DNA of 64,000 nt, from IMG/VR virus record IMGVR_UViG_3300024999_000047. One strand, given 5' to 3'. Position 1 is the stretch's first letter. Every line of letters starts with the position of its first letter. Origin of the DNA: an uncultured virus (IMG/VR IMGVR_UViG_3300024999_000047) (Duplodnaviria > Heunggongvirae > Uroviricota > Caudoviricetes). This document shows positions 9,842-19,216 of the stretch, piece by piece. The position numbers were made by a program, and so were the translations under genes. The notes beneath the pieces were generated by a model, which saw only the letters and a program-made list of their open reading frames with translations, searched no databases and was not told the DNA's origin.

Positions 9842-11014
9842 TTGACTTGGTGGAATGATTATCAAGCAAGACGAGGTTTAGATAGAAAAACTTTATATGT
9901 TAACAATATGAAAAATACAATATCAACTGAATTTAAAAATTCTACAAGTTATAATTTAGTTAAAATTAATAATGTTGATAGAGATGTTCGTATTGTTGAA
10001 GAAAGTTCAATTATAAAAAATCCAAATAAAAAAAGATTATTATGTTATCCAGATGAAACTATCAGTATTGGTAATATTGTTTTATGGAATAGTGAAAATT
10101 GGATATGTACTGAAACAGATAATACTTCTGAAGTTTCAGATGTTGGATTGATTAGTAGGTGTAACAACACACTAAAATTCTATAACAATCAAAACCACAC
10201 CACACACAATATACCTTGTATCATCATTGATAAAATAAACACAACACTACAAGAAAATAAATTCCTACTAACAATTGATTGTGATATATTGGTTTTAATC
10301 CCAAATAACAACACCAACAATTTAATCTCATCAAACGACATTTTCAAAATTGGTAGATATAGTTATTACATCACAAAACCAGACGATATAACTAAACCAG
10401 GATTACTTATATTACCAATGAAATTTACTGAAGAAATGCAGGAAGAACATTTGTATAGTATTGAGATTTTGAATGGAAATTCTGTAGATGTTCAAATTTC
10501 TACTGAATTACAATTAAATATTAATGTGTACGATAATGGAATTTTAATCTCTCCTCTCCCATCTTTAACTTTTTCAAGTAACAATGAATTGATTGCAGAT
10601 GTTGATGAGAATGGATTAGTAACTGTTTATGATGTGATTGATAATTGTGATATTACTGTGAGTTTGGTAAGTGATAGTATTATTAGTCAAAATATTAATA
10701 TAAATGTGATTGAATTACCGCAAAATAATTATACTTATTCTTTAACATCAACAAGTTTACCTGATAATGAGATTATTATAACACAGACAAAACAATATAC
10801 AATTAAAAAATATAATAATGGTATTTCTATTGAACAATCATTTACTTTTTCTGTTGTTGGTGATAGTTTGTCATATCAATTAACAATTATTGATGGAAAT
10901 GATTGTCAAATCAAAGCATTAAAAAGTAATAATTATATTACTTTACAAGCAATAGATGATAGTGACAATACTAAAATTATAACTAAAGAAATTAGATTAA
11001 AGAATTTGTTTTAA
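9842..11014 (+). CDS. Head-closure/neck protein with Ig-like domain
   Basis: LTFSSNNELIADVDENGLVT is a Big_2-like motif; synteny. Confidence 0.6.
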   Translation: MTWWNDYQARRGLDRKTLYVNNMKNTISTEFKNSTSYNLVKINNVDRDVRIVEESSIIKNPNKKRLLCYPDETISIGNIVLWNSENWICTETDNTSEVSDVGLISRCNNTLKFYNNQNHTTHNIPCIIIDKINTTLQENKFLLTIDCDILVLIPNNNTNNLISSNDIFKIGRYSYYITKPDDITKPGLLILPMKFTEEMQEEHLYSIEILNGNSVDVQISTELQLNINVYDNGILISPLPSLTFSSNNELIADVDENGLVTVYDVIDNCDITVSLVSDSIISQNININVIELPQNNYTYSLTSTSLPDNEIIITQTKQYTIKKYNNGISIEQSFTFSVVGDSLSYQLTIIDGNDCQIKALKSNNYITLQAIDDSDNTKIITKEIRLKNLF

Positions 11015-11028
11015 AAGTTGGTGAAAAT

Positions 11029-11529
11029 ATGAGTGCAAGTCCAAAATTTAAATTTATAGAAAAATCTTTAATAGATATATTATTATTAATTGTATCAAAT
11101 CAAAACATCTTAAGGTATATAAAATATTTAAATAATGATCCTTTAGATCCATCTCTACCTAACATTCAAGATAATTTAATTAATACAAATATAATACTAG
11201 CACCATTTGATAAAAATATTGTAGAAGTATCAGAAGTTAAACTATTCTTCTACCCATTAAGAAGTGATTTAAAGTCAAAAGCATTAGGTAAACATATTTA
11301 TATGTTAGATATTATATGCCCTATAGAATATTTTTTACTAGATGGTAGAGGTGAAATACGAGTAATACGCATTGCTGATGAAATTACTCAGATGATAGAT
11401 CAAAAACATATAACAGGTATTGGAGAATTAACTATCCCAGAGGCTTTTCTATCTAGATTAAATAATGATACTAATTATATAATTTACTCTTTGCCAATAG
11501 AAATTAATTCTACATCAGTAAAAAGTTGA
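11029..11529 (+). CDS. Putative tail terminator/completion protein
   Basis: Size and position before the tail-tube genes. Confidence 0.55.
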   Translation: MSASPKFKFIEKSLIDILLLIVSNQNILRYIKYLNNDPLDPSLPNIQDNLINTNIILAPFDKNIVEVSEVKLFFYPLRSDLKSKALGKHIYMLDIICPIEYFLLDGRGEIRVIRIADEITQMIDQKHITGIGELTIPEAFLSRLNNDTNYIIYSLPIEINSTSVKS

Positions 11530-11539
11530 GTTGATACAT

Positions 11540-12253
11540 ATGCAAAGTATTAAACAATTTTATATCCTCGGAATCCCAATACAAATACCTAATATAGGTT
11601 CAGCACACTTCGTAAGAATATCAGATATGCCAGAATTTACATTACTTCAAAACATTCTAACTATAAATAAAGATAAAATTATATCAATGTATAAACAACA
11701 AAATACAGATGAAGAAGCAATTGATTATTTCACCAACCACATATCATTATATCAATGGATAATTAACATTCCTGAAGTTAAAGAATCATATTTACAATTA
11801 TTCTATTTTATTTTTAAAGAAGATGTATTTGACAAAGTAAATGATGATAATTTTGAATATTTAAGACAGTTAATAATGGAAATGAATTGTATCAAAGAAG
11901 AGAAAATTAATCCTAATCCTGAAATACAAAAATGGATTGATAAATCTAAAAAATTTAAACAAGGTAATGAAATATTAACTTTTGAAGATATTGTAACTAG
12001 CATTGCTGTTGGTACTGGATATACATATGAATATATAAATAATTTAACATTATATCAGTTTAATTTAACATTTCAACGTATTAGTGCATTTAAATCTTAT
12101 GATACAAGCACATTATTCTCTACCGTATCTTCAGAAAAAATTAATATTGAATCTTGGTGTAAAAATATTGATTTATTTAAAGAAGAAAGTAATGGGGTTT
12201 CAAGAGATGAATTTAATAAATTAAAAGGTTCAGTTTTTGGTGGAGGGAGGTAA
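11540..12253 (+). CDS. Tail-module protein (putative assembly chaperone)
   Basis: Synteny; INNLTLYQF motif. Confidence 0.5.
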   Translation: MQSIKQFYILGIPIQIPNIGSAHFVRISDMPEFTLLQNILTINKDKIISMYKQQNTDEEAIDYFTNHISLYQWIINIPEVKESYLQLFYFIFKEDVFDKVNDDNFEYLRQLIMEMNCIKEEKINPNPEIQKWIDKSKKFKQGNEILTFEDIVTSIAVGTGYTYEYINNLTLYQFNLTFQRISAFKSYDTSTLFSTVSSEKINIESWCKNIDLFKEESNGVSRDEFNKLKGSVFGGGR

Positions 12254-12263
12254 ATAATATAAT

Positions 12264-13100
12264 GTGAAAACAATGATTAATGATACTTGTAATATTATTG
12301 CAAAGAGATTATCTGACAATAAAATTGCTTTTTCTGCTGAAACACAATTATCTAATATTGGTCAAAAAATTACAACAGAAGATATTAGAGGTGGAATAGG
12401 TAGTAGATTAATAGCAATTAATAAAAATAATAAAGATGTTGAAATAAATATAAAATCTGTAATTTGGGATTCTGATTTTACAGAGATGGTATTTGGTTTA
12501 ATAATTACTGAAGATAATACTATATTTAAAAAAGAAGATAATTTAATTTGTATAGGCAAATCATTTGATGATTCAGTTTTAATTGATGAAGAAAGAGAAC
12601 TTGATACAGATTATCAATTTGATGATTCAGATGATATTTCTGTATTTATTAATTATTTAACAGGTATCCCTTATACTAACAAAATTGAAATTGCTAATAT
12701 TCCAAAAGAAGATGGAATTATTTTAGCAATTGATTCTGAAGGAATAAAATATGAAGTTGATGAATTTATAAATAATTATATTGTATTAATTGATGATGTT
12801 GAAGGTATTGATTTTATTGCATTATATGAATATGAAGTATCAGGAAATACAATGAATATGGATATTAGTAAATTTCCAGAAGCGTATTCACTAGAATTAA
12901 TTACAATTGAATATTCATTAATTAATAATATAGTAGTAAATGACTTATATTTTATATTTAATAAAACATTACCTTCTGGAAATTTTGATTTAAGTTTTGA
13001 GAATGGTAAAGTAATTACTTCAGAAATAGATTTTAAAGTATTGAGTATGCCTGGAACAAATGAATTAGGAAAAATAATAGAAGTACCAAGAGTTAGTTAA
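12264..13100 (+). CDS. Tail tube protein paralog with acidic insertion
   Basis: Aligns by eye with 13163-13879 (MKT.I.D.C, RGGIGS, FDLSFENGK). Confidence 0.7.
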   Translation: MKTMINDTCNIIAKRLSDNKIAFSAETQLSNIGQKITTEDIRGGIGSRLIAINKNNKDVEINIKSVIWDSDFTEMVFGLIITEDNTIFKKEDNLICIGKSFDDSVLIDEERELDTDYQFDDSDDISVFINYLTGIPYTNKIEIANIPKEDGIILAIDSEGIKYEVDEFINNYIVLIDDVEGIDFIALYEYEVSGNTMNMDISKFPEAYSLELITIEYSLINNIVVNDLYFIFNKTLPSGNFDLSFENGKVITSEIDFKVLSMPGTNELGKIIEVPRVS

Positions 13101-13127
13101 TACCTATAATTTATAGGTATTTTTTTA
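13099..13127 (+). terminator. Intrinsic terminator
   Basis: AATACCTATA-att-TATAGGTATT followed by a T run. Confidence 0.65.
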
Positions 13128-13162
13128 TTTTATAAATATAATAAATAGGAGGAATTAATAAC

Positions 13163-13879
13163 ATGAAGACTATAATTTCAGACGTATGTGACTGTTTATT
13201 GCGTAGAATTTCCGACAATAAAATAGTATTTACTGCCGAAGCACAATTATCATCTATTAATCAAAAAGTAAACGCACAGGATGTTAGAGGTGGTATTGGA
13301 TCTAAACTTTTAAGTATAGTTAAAAATGAAAAAGATATTGAACTTTCTGTACGTAATGCTGTGTTCGATTCTGATTATTTAGAATTGGTTAGTGGTACTT
13401 CTTGGTCTTCTGCAACAAATACTGTGTTTAAAAAAGAAGAAAATTTATTATCATCTAATGGTACTACTGTAACTATTACAGGTACTCCTAAAGTTGGAGG
13501 TATTATTAAAGTTATTGCTGCTGATGGTACACAATATGCTGGTACAAATAATGCTGGTACTGTAACTTTTACTGGTGGTACAAGTGGTTTATATTATACT
13601 TGTTTATATCAAGCAGATGTTACGGGTAATACATTAAGTATTGATTCTGCCAAATTCTCTGAAGCATATTACTGTGAATATAAAACTATTGAATATAATA
13701 TTGAAACAAATGCAATTAAAAATGATATTTGGTTTGTATTTAACAAGGTTTTACCAGATGATAATTTCGATTTATCTTTTGAAAATGGTAAACCAATTTC
13801 ACCTGAAATAAAATTGAGAGCATTAGTAAATCCTGGTAGTTCGGTAATTGGAAAAGTTATTGAAGTGGCACGAGGCTAA
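13163..13879 (+). CDS. Major tail (tube) protein
   Basis: Strong RBS, flanked by terminators; size and synteny. Confidence 0.7.
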   Translation: MKTIISDVCDCLLRRISDNKIVFTAEAQLSSINQKVNAQDVRGGIGSKLLSIVKNEKDIELSVRNAVFDSDYLELVSGTSWSSATNTVFKKEENLLSSNGTTVTITGTPKVGGIIKVIAADGTQYAGTNNAGTVTFTGGTSGLYYTCLYQADVTGNTLSIDSAKFSEAYYCEYKTIEYNIETNAIKNDIWFVFNKVLPDDNFDLSFENGKPISPEIKLRALVNPGSSVIGKVIEVARG

Positions 13880-13981
13880 CTCTTTATTAAAATAAATATT
13901 AAGTATTATTAAGTATTATTAAGGAAAGAGGTTATATTTTTATTCCTCTTTCCTTAAATATTTTTAAAGGAGTTGATATTG

Positions 13982-14320
13982 ATGATTGACAAAGAAAAAA
14001 CAGCATTAGAAAAACAATCAAAGCCAATTGAAATAAAAATTAAACAAAAATATTCTCCACTTGTTTTAGAAATACAAAAAAAACTTAATCAAATTAAAAT
14101 TAATGATAATCCATTAGAAATAAATGGTTTATATAATGAAGAAACAAAAAATGCAATTATTAAATTGCAAGAAATTACTGATTTTGAACCAAATGGAGTT
14201 ATTGATCAAAATTTAATATTTAGATTAAATGAAATTATAGAAAATCCAATTATAAATGATTATAATAAAAGCAAAACATTTGCAATTTTATATAGCAAAT
14301 ATAAAGGAAATAATAAGTAA
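13982..14320 (+). CDS. Peptidoglycan-binding domain protein (PG_binding_1-like)
   Basis: VLEIQKKLN...INGLYNEETKNAIIKLQ...NGVID. Confidence 0.65.
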   Translation: MIDKEKTALEKQSKPIEIKIKQKYSPLVLEIQKKLNQIKINDNPLEINGLYNEETKNAIIKLQEITDFEPNGVIDQNLIFRLNEIIENPIINDYNKSKTFAILYSKYKGNNK

Positions 14321-14345
14321 TATAATTATATGGATAAATAGAGAT

Positions 14346-14431
14346 AAATAGGGATAGGTAGGAGTAATTAACCTACTGATAAGAGCCTCACCTCTTCCCT
14401 ATTTTTATTTTTGTGAGAAAAGAAAGTGAGG
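14346..14431 (+). promoter_or_regulatory. Putative structured RNA leader, copy 1 (three stems; loop pairs with RBS)
   Basis: P1 AAATAGGGA/TCCCTATTT; P2 GTAGG-agtaattaa-CCTAC; P3 loop CCTCAC is complementary to GTGAGG at 14426-14431. Confidence 0.65.
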
Positions 14432-14437
14432 TATAAT

Positions 14438-15391
14438 ATGTTACTAACAAAAGAAGTTGAAATGATTTGTAAAACAAGAAAGAAATATTATATTGAGAAA
14501 AGATATGATTGGGAATATCTAAAAATAATTATTGTTAAATTAGAAGATTTGCCAAAAGGTAGTCATCAAATGGTAAAAGTTTTATGTGATTATTGCTCAG
14601 AAAATGGTAAAGAAACAATTGTTGAAAAACCATATTATGCATATTTAAATCAAAAGAAAAAATCACAAATTGATAAAGATTGTTGCGATGATTGTTGGCA
14701 TTTAAAATTAGCAGAAACTATGAATATTAGATATGGAAATAATAATGCTTCTAATATTAAAATGTTTCAAGATAAAAGAATCGAAACTTTTTTAGATAAT
14801 TTTGGTACAGATAATCCTATGAAGGTAAAGGAAGTAGTTTTAAAAGGGAAACAAACCAATTTAGATAAATATGGCGTTGACCATAAAATGAAATTAGAAG
14901 GTGAATATAATAAAAGAATTATAAAAATAAGAGAAACTATGTATCAAAATGGCACTGGCATAAAATCAACTCAACAAATATATTTACATAAATTATTAGG
15001 TGGAGAATTAAATTATCCATTTGGTAAATGTTTACTAGATATAGCATTTCCAGAAGATAAAATTTATATTGAATACGATGGTTCAGGTCATGATTTGAAT
15101 GTTATATTAGGGAATATAACTGAAGAAGAAAAAAAGAAAAAAGAATTAAAAAGATTTTATTTTATGAAAAATAATAATTGGAAAATGATTCGTATTGTTT
15201 CTACAAAAGATAAATTGCCTAATAATAAAATATTAAGATATTTATTTAATTTAGCTTGTTATCATTTACAAAATGGGCATGGTTATTTTGAAATAAATAT
15301 TGATAAAGGTATTATAAAATATAATAATGAAGAAATGAAAATTAATTTTTGTAAATTAAAAAAGATTAATAAAAAATCAATTTCTGCTTAA
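14438..15391 (+). CDS. Homing-endonuclease-like protein (Cys-rich region plus Vsr/DUF559-like nuclease)
   Basis: CDYC and CCDDC; TNLDKYGVD-type repeats; LDIAFPEDKIYIEYDG. Confidence 0.7.
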   Translation: MLLTKEVEMICKTRKKYYIEKRYDWEYLKIIIVKLEDLPKGSHQMVKVLCDYCSENGKETIVEKPYYAYLNQKKKSQIDKDCCDDCWHLKLAETMNIRYGNNNASNIKMFQDKRIETFLDNFGTDNPMKVKEVVLKGKQTNLDKYGVDHKMKLEGEYNKRIIKIRETMYQNGTGIKSTQQIYLHKLLGGELNYPFGKCLLDIAFPEDKIYIEYDGSGHDLNVILGNITEEEKKKKELKRFYFMKNNNWKMIRIVSTKDKLPNNKILRYLFNLACYHLQNGHGYFEINIDKGIIKYNNEEMKINFCKLKKINKKSISA

Positions 15392-15593
15392 TTTTTAGTA
15401 ATATTTATAGTTTGATACTTCTCCATACATATTTATATTAGTATTTTTTACAAATATCATAATCAAATTTGGTTTTATAATAATCAATACAATAAACACA
15501 CACGCACACACATCAATCCCCTCACACAACATTTTCATTCATTTATCATCCAACAATTTAAATACAATTTGAATACAAAACGGAGGTGATATA

Positions 15594-16061
15594 TTGTCTT
15601 CACCCATAGCAAGAATTACATCTGATAAAAAATTAAAATTAAAAGGAAATCTATATACAACACAAGATGCTTATGATTACACAACACAGTTTGATGATGC
15701 TTATCAGTTTGATGATACTTACCAAATAGACGATAATGCAGAAATTTTTACATTATTTAATTATTTATTAGGAATTGAAAATACTTCAACACAAGTTGAT
15801 AAATTTTATATTGATAATAGAGGTAATTTAGTTACTCCAGAAGTTTATACAATTTGGCAAGGATTTGATGGAAGTGAAAATATTGATACTACAATTGAAT
15901 TAAATACTGAACATAGTATTGATTCAAGTTTAGGAACGGAAGAATTTATTTCATATTTATTTGGTGGATTAACAGTTGAAGATATTTCTATAAATAAATT
16001 TAAAATATTATCAAATAAAAAGTTGTTAGTTAATGAAGTTTTAGAAAGTCAAATTTTGTAA
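15594..16061 (+). CDS. Acidic repeat protein, probably virion-associated
   Basis: GGAGGTG plus TTG; QFDDAYQFDDTYQIDD repeats and internal duplication. Confidence 0.6.
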   Translation: MSSPIARITSDKKLKLKGNLYTTQDAYDYTTQFDDAYQFDDTYQIDDNAEIFTLFNYLLGIENTSTQVDKFYIDNRGNLVTPEVYTIWQGFDGSENIDTTIELNTEHSIDSSLGTEEFISYLFGGLTVEDISINKFKILSNKKLLVNEVLESQIL

Positions 16062-16159
16062 ATTATAATTAAGCAATGTTCTATCACAATTTTAGAAAAT
16101 AAAACTCTTTAAAATTAAGGGTTTATAAATTAGTAAAATAATTTAAGGAGGTTAATTAC

Positions 16160-17125
16160 ATGGCGATTTTTCCTTTCGATGATATTTTAACAACATTTAA
16201 AAATGGAACATCAAGAGCATTAAGAGTTGTTACTGAAAATCTAATAACAGGTGGATATTCCCCTGCTAATTTAACAATGCAAAATGCAGTAACAGCAAAT
16301 GGTAATGGTACAACATTAAATGTAAATGAATATGCAACAGCAGTATTAGAAATTAGAGGTACTTTTTCAGCAACTATTAATTTTGAATGTAGTATTGATG
16401 GTACAAATTGGTATCCTGTTTTAGCAACAAAAAATGATGGAATAATTAGTAGTAGTTGTTCTACGGCAGGGTTATATGAAATTAAGGTTGCTGCTTGGAA
16501 ATCTATACGTGCAAGAGTTAGTGGTTATGTGAGTGGCAATGTAACTGTTGTTGGGAAGGTTAGTCCGTTGGTTAATGCGGAAAAGAGTATGCAACTAACT
16601 GGTAGTTTACCTTCGGGAAATGAGCATGTTGGGCAGGTAGGGTATACGCTTAAAAAAGTGGCTACTAACTTTACTCGTCCGTCTGACACAACACCGTATA
16701 CCGTAGGCGACGCTATCACAAACAGCACATCTGCCCCAGTAGTGTTTCAATTGGATTTAGGTGCTTTGGGTGCGGTAGCAGGGCAAGCGGTAGAGGTAAG
16801 AAAAATAGCGGTAATATCTAGTGCAAAACAAGCAATTTTACCGCTTATGAATATCTATCTTTCAAATGTAACCTTTACAGCAACAAACGACAACTCTGCT
16901 CTCGATATTGCTGACGAAGTTATGCAAGCAGGGGGAGCATGGTTTAACACAGATATCCAAAATTACACAGCAAGTAATAGTCGTGTATCACAACAAAATA
17001 TTTCAATCCCCATGACTCTTGCTGATGCTGACACAAAACTATATGGCATACTTCAAGATACAATAGGTTATACCCCTGCCAGTGGCGAGGTATTTACTAT
17101 TGTTGCTTGGATTGCATTGTTGTAG
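16160..17125 (+). CDS. Two-domain virion accessory protein with a junction at MQLTGS
   Basis: Strong RBS; beta-rich N-domain (FECSIDGTNW); second domain begins after the shared site at 16588-16606. Confidence 0.6.
   Translation: MAIFPFDDILTTFKNGTSRALRVVTENLITGGYSPANLTMQNAVTANGNGTTLNVNEYATAVLEIRGTFSATINFECSIDGTNWYPVLATKNDGIISSSCSTAGLYEIKVAAWKSIRARVSGYVSGNVTVVGKVSPLVNAEKSMQLTGSLPSGNEHVGQVGYTLKKVATNFTRPSDTTPYTVGDAITNSTSAPVVFQLDLGALGAVAGQAVEVRKIAVISSAKQAILPLMNIYLSNVTFTATNDNSALDIADEVMQAGGAWFNTDIQNYTASNSRVSQQNISIPMTLADADTKLYGILQDTIGYTPASGEVFTIVAWIALL
16588..16606 (+). repeat. Cassette left site L1, identical to 52187-52205
   Basis: TATGCAACTAACTGGTAGT, 19/19 identical in two otherwise dissimilar genes and in the same reading frame. 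Confidence 0.85.
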
Positions 17126-17130
17126 GTGAT

Positions 17131-17862
17131 ATGATGTATCCATTTTTTAGTAAGAAAGGGCAAAGAGGTATTGTAAAACGTGGTTTGTTTGCTTATTATA
17201 ACGCATTGCGACAATACTCTACAAACCAAGTAGGTCAGAGACTAATTGATTTTTCTGGAAATAATTACCGAGGTCAATCTGGAAGTGTCCCTGTCTCTGA
17301 CCCAAATGACCCAATATTTACATCCCAGGGTTTAAGTTTTGATGGTGTTGATGATTATATTAATGTCGGTAATATAGGTAAGTTAATGCGTACTTGTCAG
17401 ATTGTTTTCTATACGCCGACAGAGATAAACAAAACAAGTAGTAGTAGTGCTTTGATTAGTATTGAGGGAAATGATAATGGTTATATTGCCATTGGTCTTA
17501 CTACATCCCTCATAGCAGATGAAATAATTACTATATTAGATATTAGTGGCGGTAGAAGTGGGTGGTGCAGTTCGTCAGGAAATATCCCGATAGGTTGGCA
17601 TTTATTGGAGGTTGTATGGTTAGATAGTAAATATCGTATAATTTTGGATGGTATAGAAAAACCGATAACTACAGCAAATGCGCCAAGAGTTTTAAATGCT
17701 ACAAATTTAAGACTAGGCAGCGTTCCATCGGGAGGTTCTTATTTTAATGGCAAACAAGCAGAAATACTTCTGTATGAACGCACACTAACAAACTCTGAAT
17801 TAGCACAAAACAGAGCATTTATCAAAGCAGAATGTAAAAATTATGGCATTACAATTAATTAA
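17131..17862 (+). CDS. LamG/concanavalin-A-like lectin domain protein
   Basis: LSFDGVDDYI...GWHLLEVVW...IILDG...YFNGKQAEILLYERTLT. Confidence 0.75.
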   Translation: MMYPFFSKKGQRGIVKRGLFAYYNALRQYSTNQVGQRLIDFSGNNYRGQSGSVPVSDPNDPIFTSQGLSFDGVDDYINVGNIGKLMRTCQIVFYTPTEINKTSSSSALISIEGNDNGYIAIGLTTSLIADEIITILDISGGRSGWCSSSGNIPIGWHLLEVVWLDSKYRIILDGIEKPITTANAPRVLNATNLRLGSVPSGGSYFNGKQAEILLYERTLTNSELAQNRAFIKAECKNYGITIN

Positions 17863-17878
17863 AAGGGGGGCTTTAAAA

Positions 17879-18133
17879 ATGGTGGTTTTATTTCAAAGTA
17901 AAAATGATGCAGATAACACTTGCAAGCAAATTGAAATTCTGCCTAGCGGAATTTATGTTTGGTATTCTGAGGATGGAATAAATAATATGATACAGTATGC
18001 ACAAAGCGTAGATGGTCGCTGTGCCATGTCTGCTAATTTTACTTCTGAGGATATTGCTGTTTGGGGTGCTTACCCTGCCGTTACGCTTATGACTGGTTTA
18101 CCTGCTGATTGGCAATATCCCACATTAGGTTAA
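17879..18133 (+). CDS. Small hypothetical protein, last gene of cassette 1
   Basis: GGGGG RBS then ATG at 17879; stop codon abuts site R1. Confidence 0.6.
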   Translation: MVVLFQSKNDADNTCKQIEILPSGIYVWYSEDGINNMIQYAQSVDGRCAMSANFTSEDIAVWGAYPAVTLMTGLPADWQYPTLG

Positions 18134-18157
18134 CCAACTAACTAAAATGCGTTAGTT
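18134..18157 (+). repeat. Cassette right site R1 (palindromic)
   Basis: CC-AACTAAC-taaaatgc-GTTAGTT: 7-bp arms with an 8-bp spacer; matches 53877-53900. Confidence 0.8.
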
Positions 18158-18373
18158 ATATAACTCAATAATCTATAATCTATAATTAAATAATATAAAA
18201 ACACTATTTATACATATCAAATATTAAATATAATTAACACAATTAATTAAATATAATTATATTCACACTAATATCTAAAACACAATAAGGATTACTTCAT
18301 ACTAATGCATAATAAAAATGCATCAACATGGATTAATCCTTATTTTTTTAGTTTTATTGTTATAAAACTGAGA

Positions 18374-18442
18374 TTTTGTCATGATTTTGGGATTTTTAAA
18401 GTGTTGATTTATAGGGGTTTAGTGGATGTGTGATTTTTGATA
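18374..18442 (+). repeat. 69-bp dispersed repeat, copy 1
   Basis: Ungapped 55/69 match (manual count) to 54049-54117; core AAAGTGTTGATTTATARGGGTTTAG. Confidence 0.8.
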
Positions 18443-18506
18443 AATTTGTGATTTTCATGGAATGTAAGATTAGAATAAGTAAATATAATTTTAAGGAGAT
18501 GTTAGT

Positions 18507-19088
18507 ATTTCAAATGTATTAAAATTGGTATCCCCTATCGGAGTTTCAGTAAACCATTATTTGAAGCCACGTAGTTTTTTGATTTATAAAAATGGTAAAC
18601 CTGTCCCTCAAGTTACGATGTATGAAACTAAAGAAGCAAAAGATTACAAGAAAAAATTTATTAAACACATTAAAGAACAAATTAATCTTCAAGGATGGGA
18701 AAAATCAGATAATAAGTATCAGAAATATTTCGTTGATTGTACCTTCTTTTTCCCACGTATAGATATGGATAGTAATAACATGTATAAATTACTTCTGGAT
18801 TCCCTGACAGAATCAGAAGTTTGCTGGATTGACGATACGCAATCATGTGAAAGGACACAAGGTATATTCTATGATTCTGAAAATCCTAGAATTATAATTG
18901 AAATACGTCCTGTCGATTTTGTAGGTATCTTCCCTACTAACGAACAATTACAAATATTTAAAAGTAATTGCATCACATGTAGTAGATATAGAGATGGTAG
19001 ATGTAGTATTTTAGTAAAAAGTTTAGAAGGGAGAATTCAAAAAGAGATTAATGATTTAACATGTGGTAAATTTAAACCTAAAAAATAA
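18507..19088 (+). CDS. rusA: RusA-family Holliday junction resolvase
   Basis: SVNHY...DMDSNNMYKLLLDSL...WIDD...YDSENPRIII. Probable ATT start after AAGGAG. Confidence 0.8.
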   Translation: MSNVLKLVSPIGVSVNHYLKPRSFLIYKNGKPVPQVTMYETKEAKDYKKKFIKHIKEQINLQGWEKSDNKYQKYFVDCTFFFPRIDMDSNNMYKLLLDSLTESEVCWIDDTQSCERTQGIFYDSENPRIIIEIRPVDFVGIFPTNEQLQIFKSNCITCSRYRDGRCSILVKSLEGRIQKEINDLTCGKFKPKK

Positions 19089-19112
19089 TTATTAAGATAG
19101 TAAATATAATTG

Positions 19113-19206
19113 TCAGAGGATAGTGATTGCAACATGACAAGTAGTTTTCCTAGACTACTTCCTCTGATTTATTTTTTATTTAGGAAAAGAAAATATACTA
19201 TAGGAG
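19113..19206 (+). promoter_or_regulatory. Putative structured RNA leader, copy 2
   Basis: P1 TCAGAGGA/TCCTCTGA; P3 AAGTAGT-tttcctag-ACTACTT; loop is complementary to TAGGAAA (19181) and TAGGA of the RBS (19201). Confidence 0.65.
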
Positions 19207-19216
19207 GTAATAAATA

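Noticed and set aside
18134..18157. Classical integron attC
   Set aside because: Arms deviate from RYYYAAC/GTTRRRY and the site is far shorter than an attC; kept only as an analogous system.
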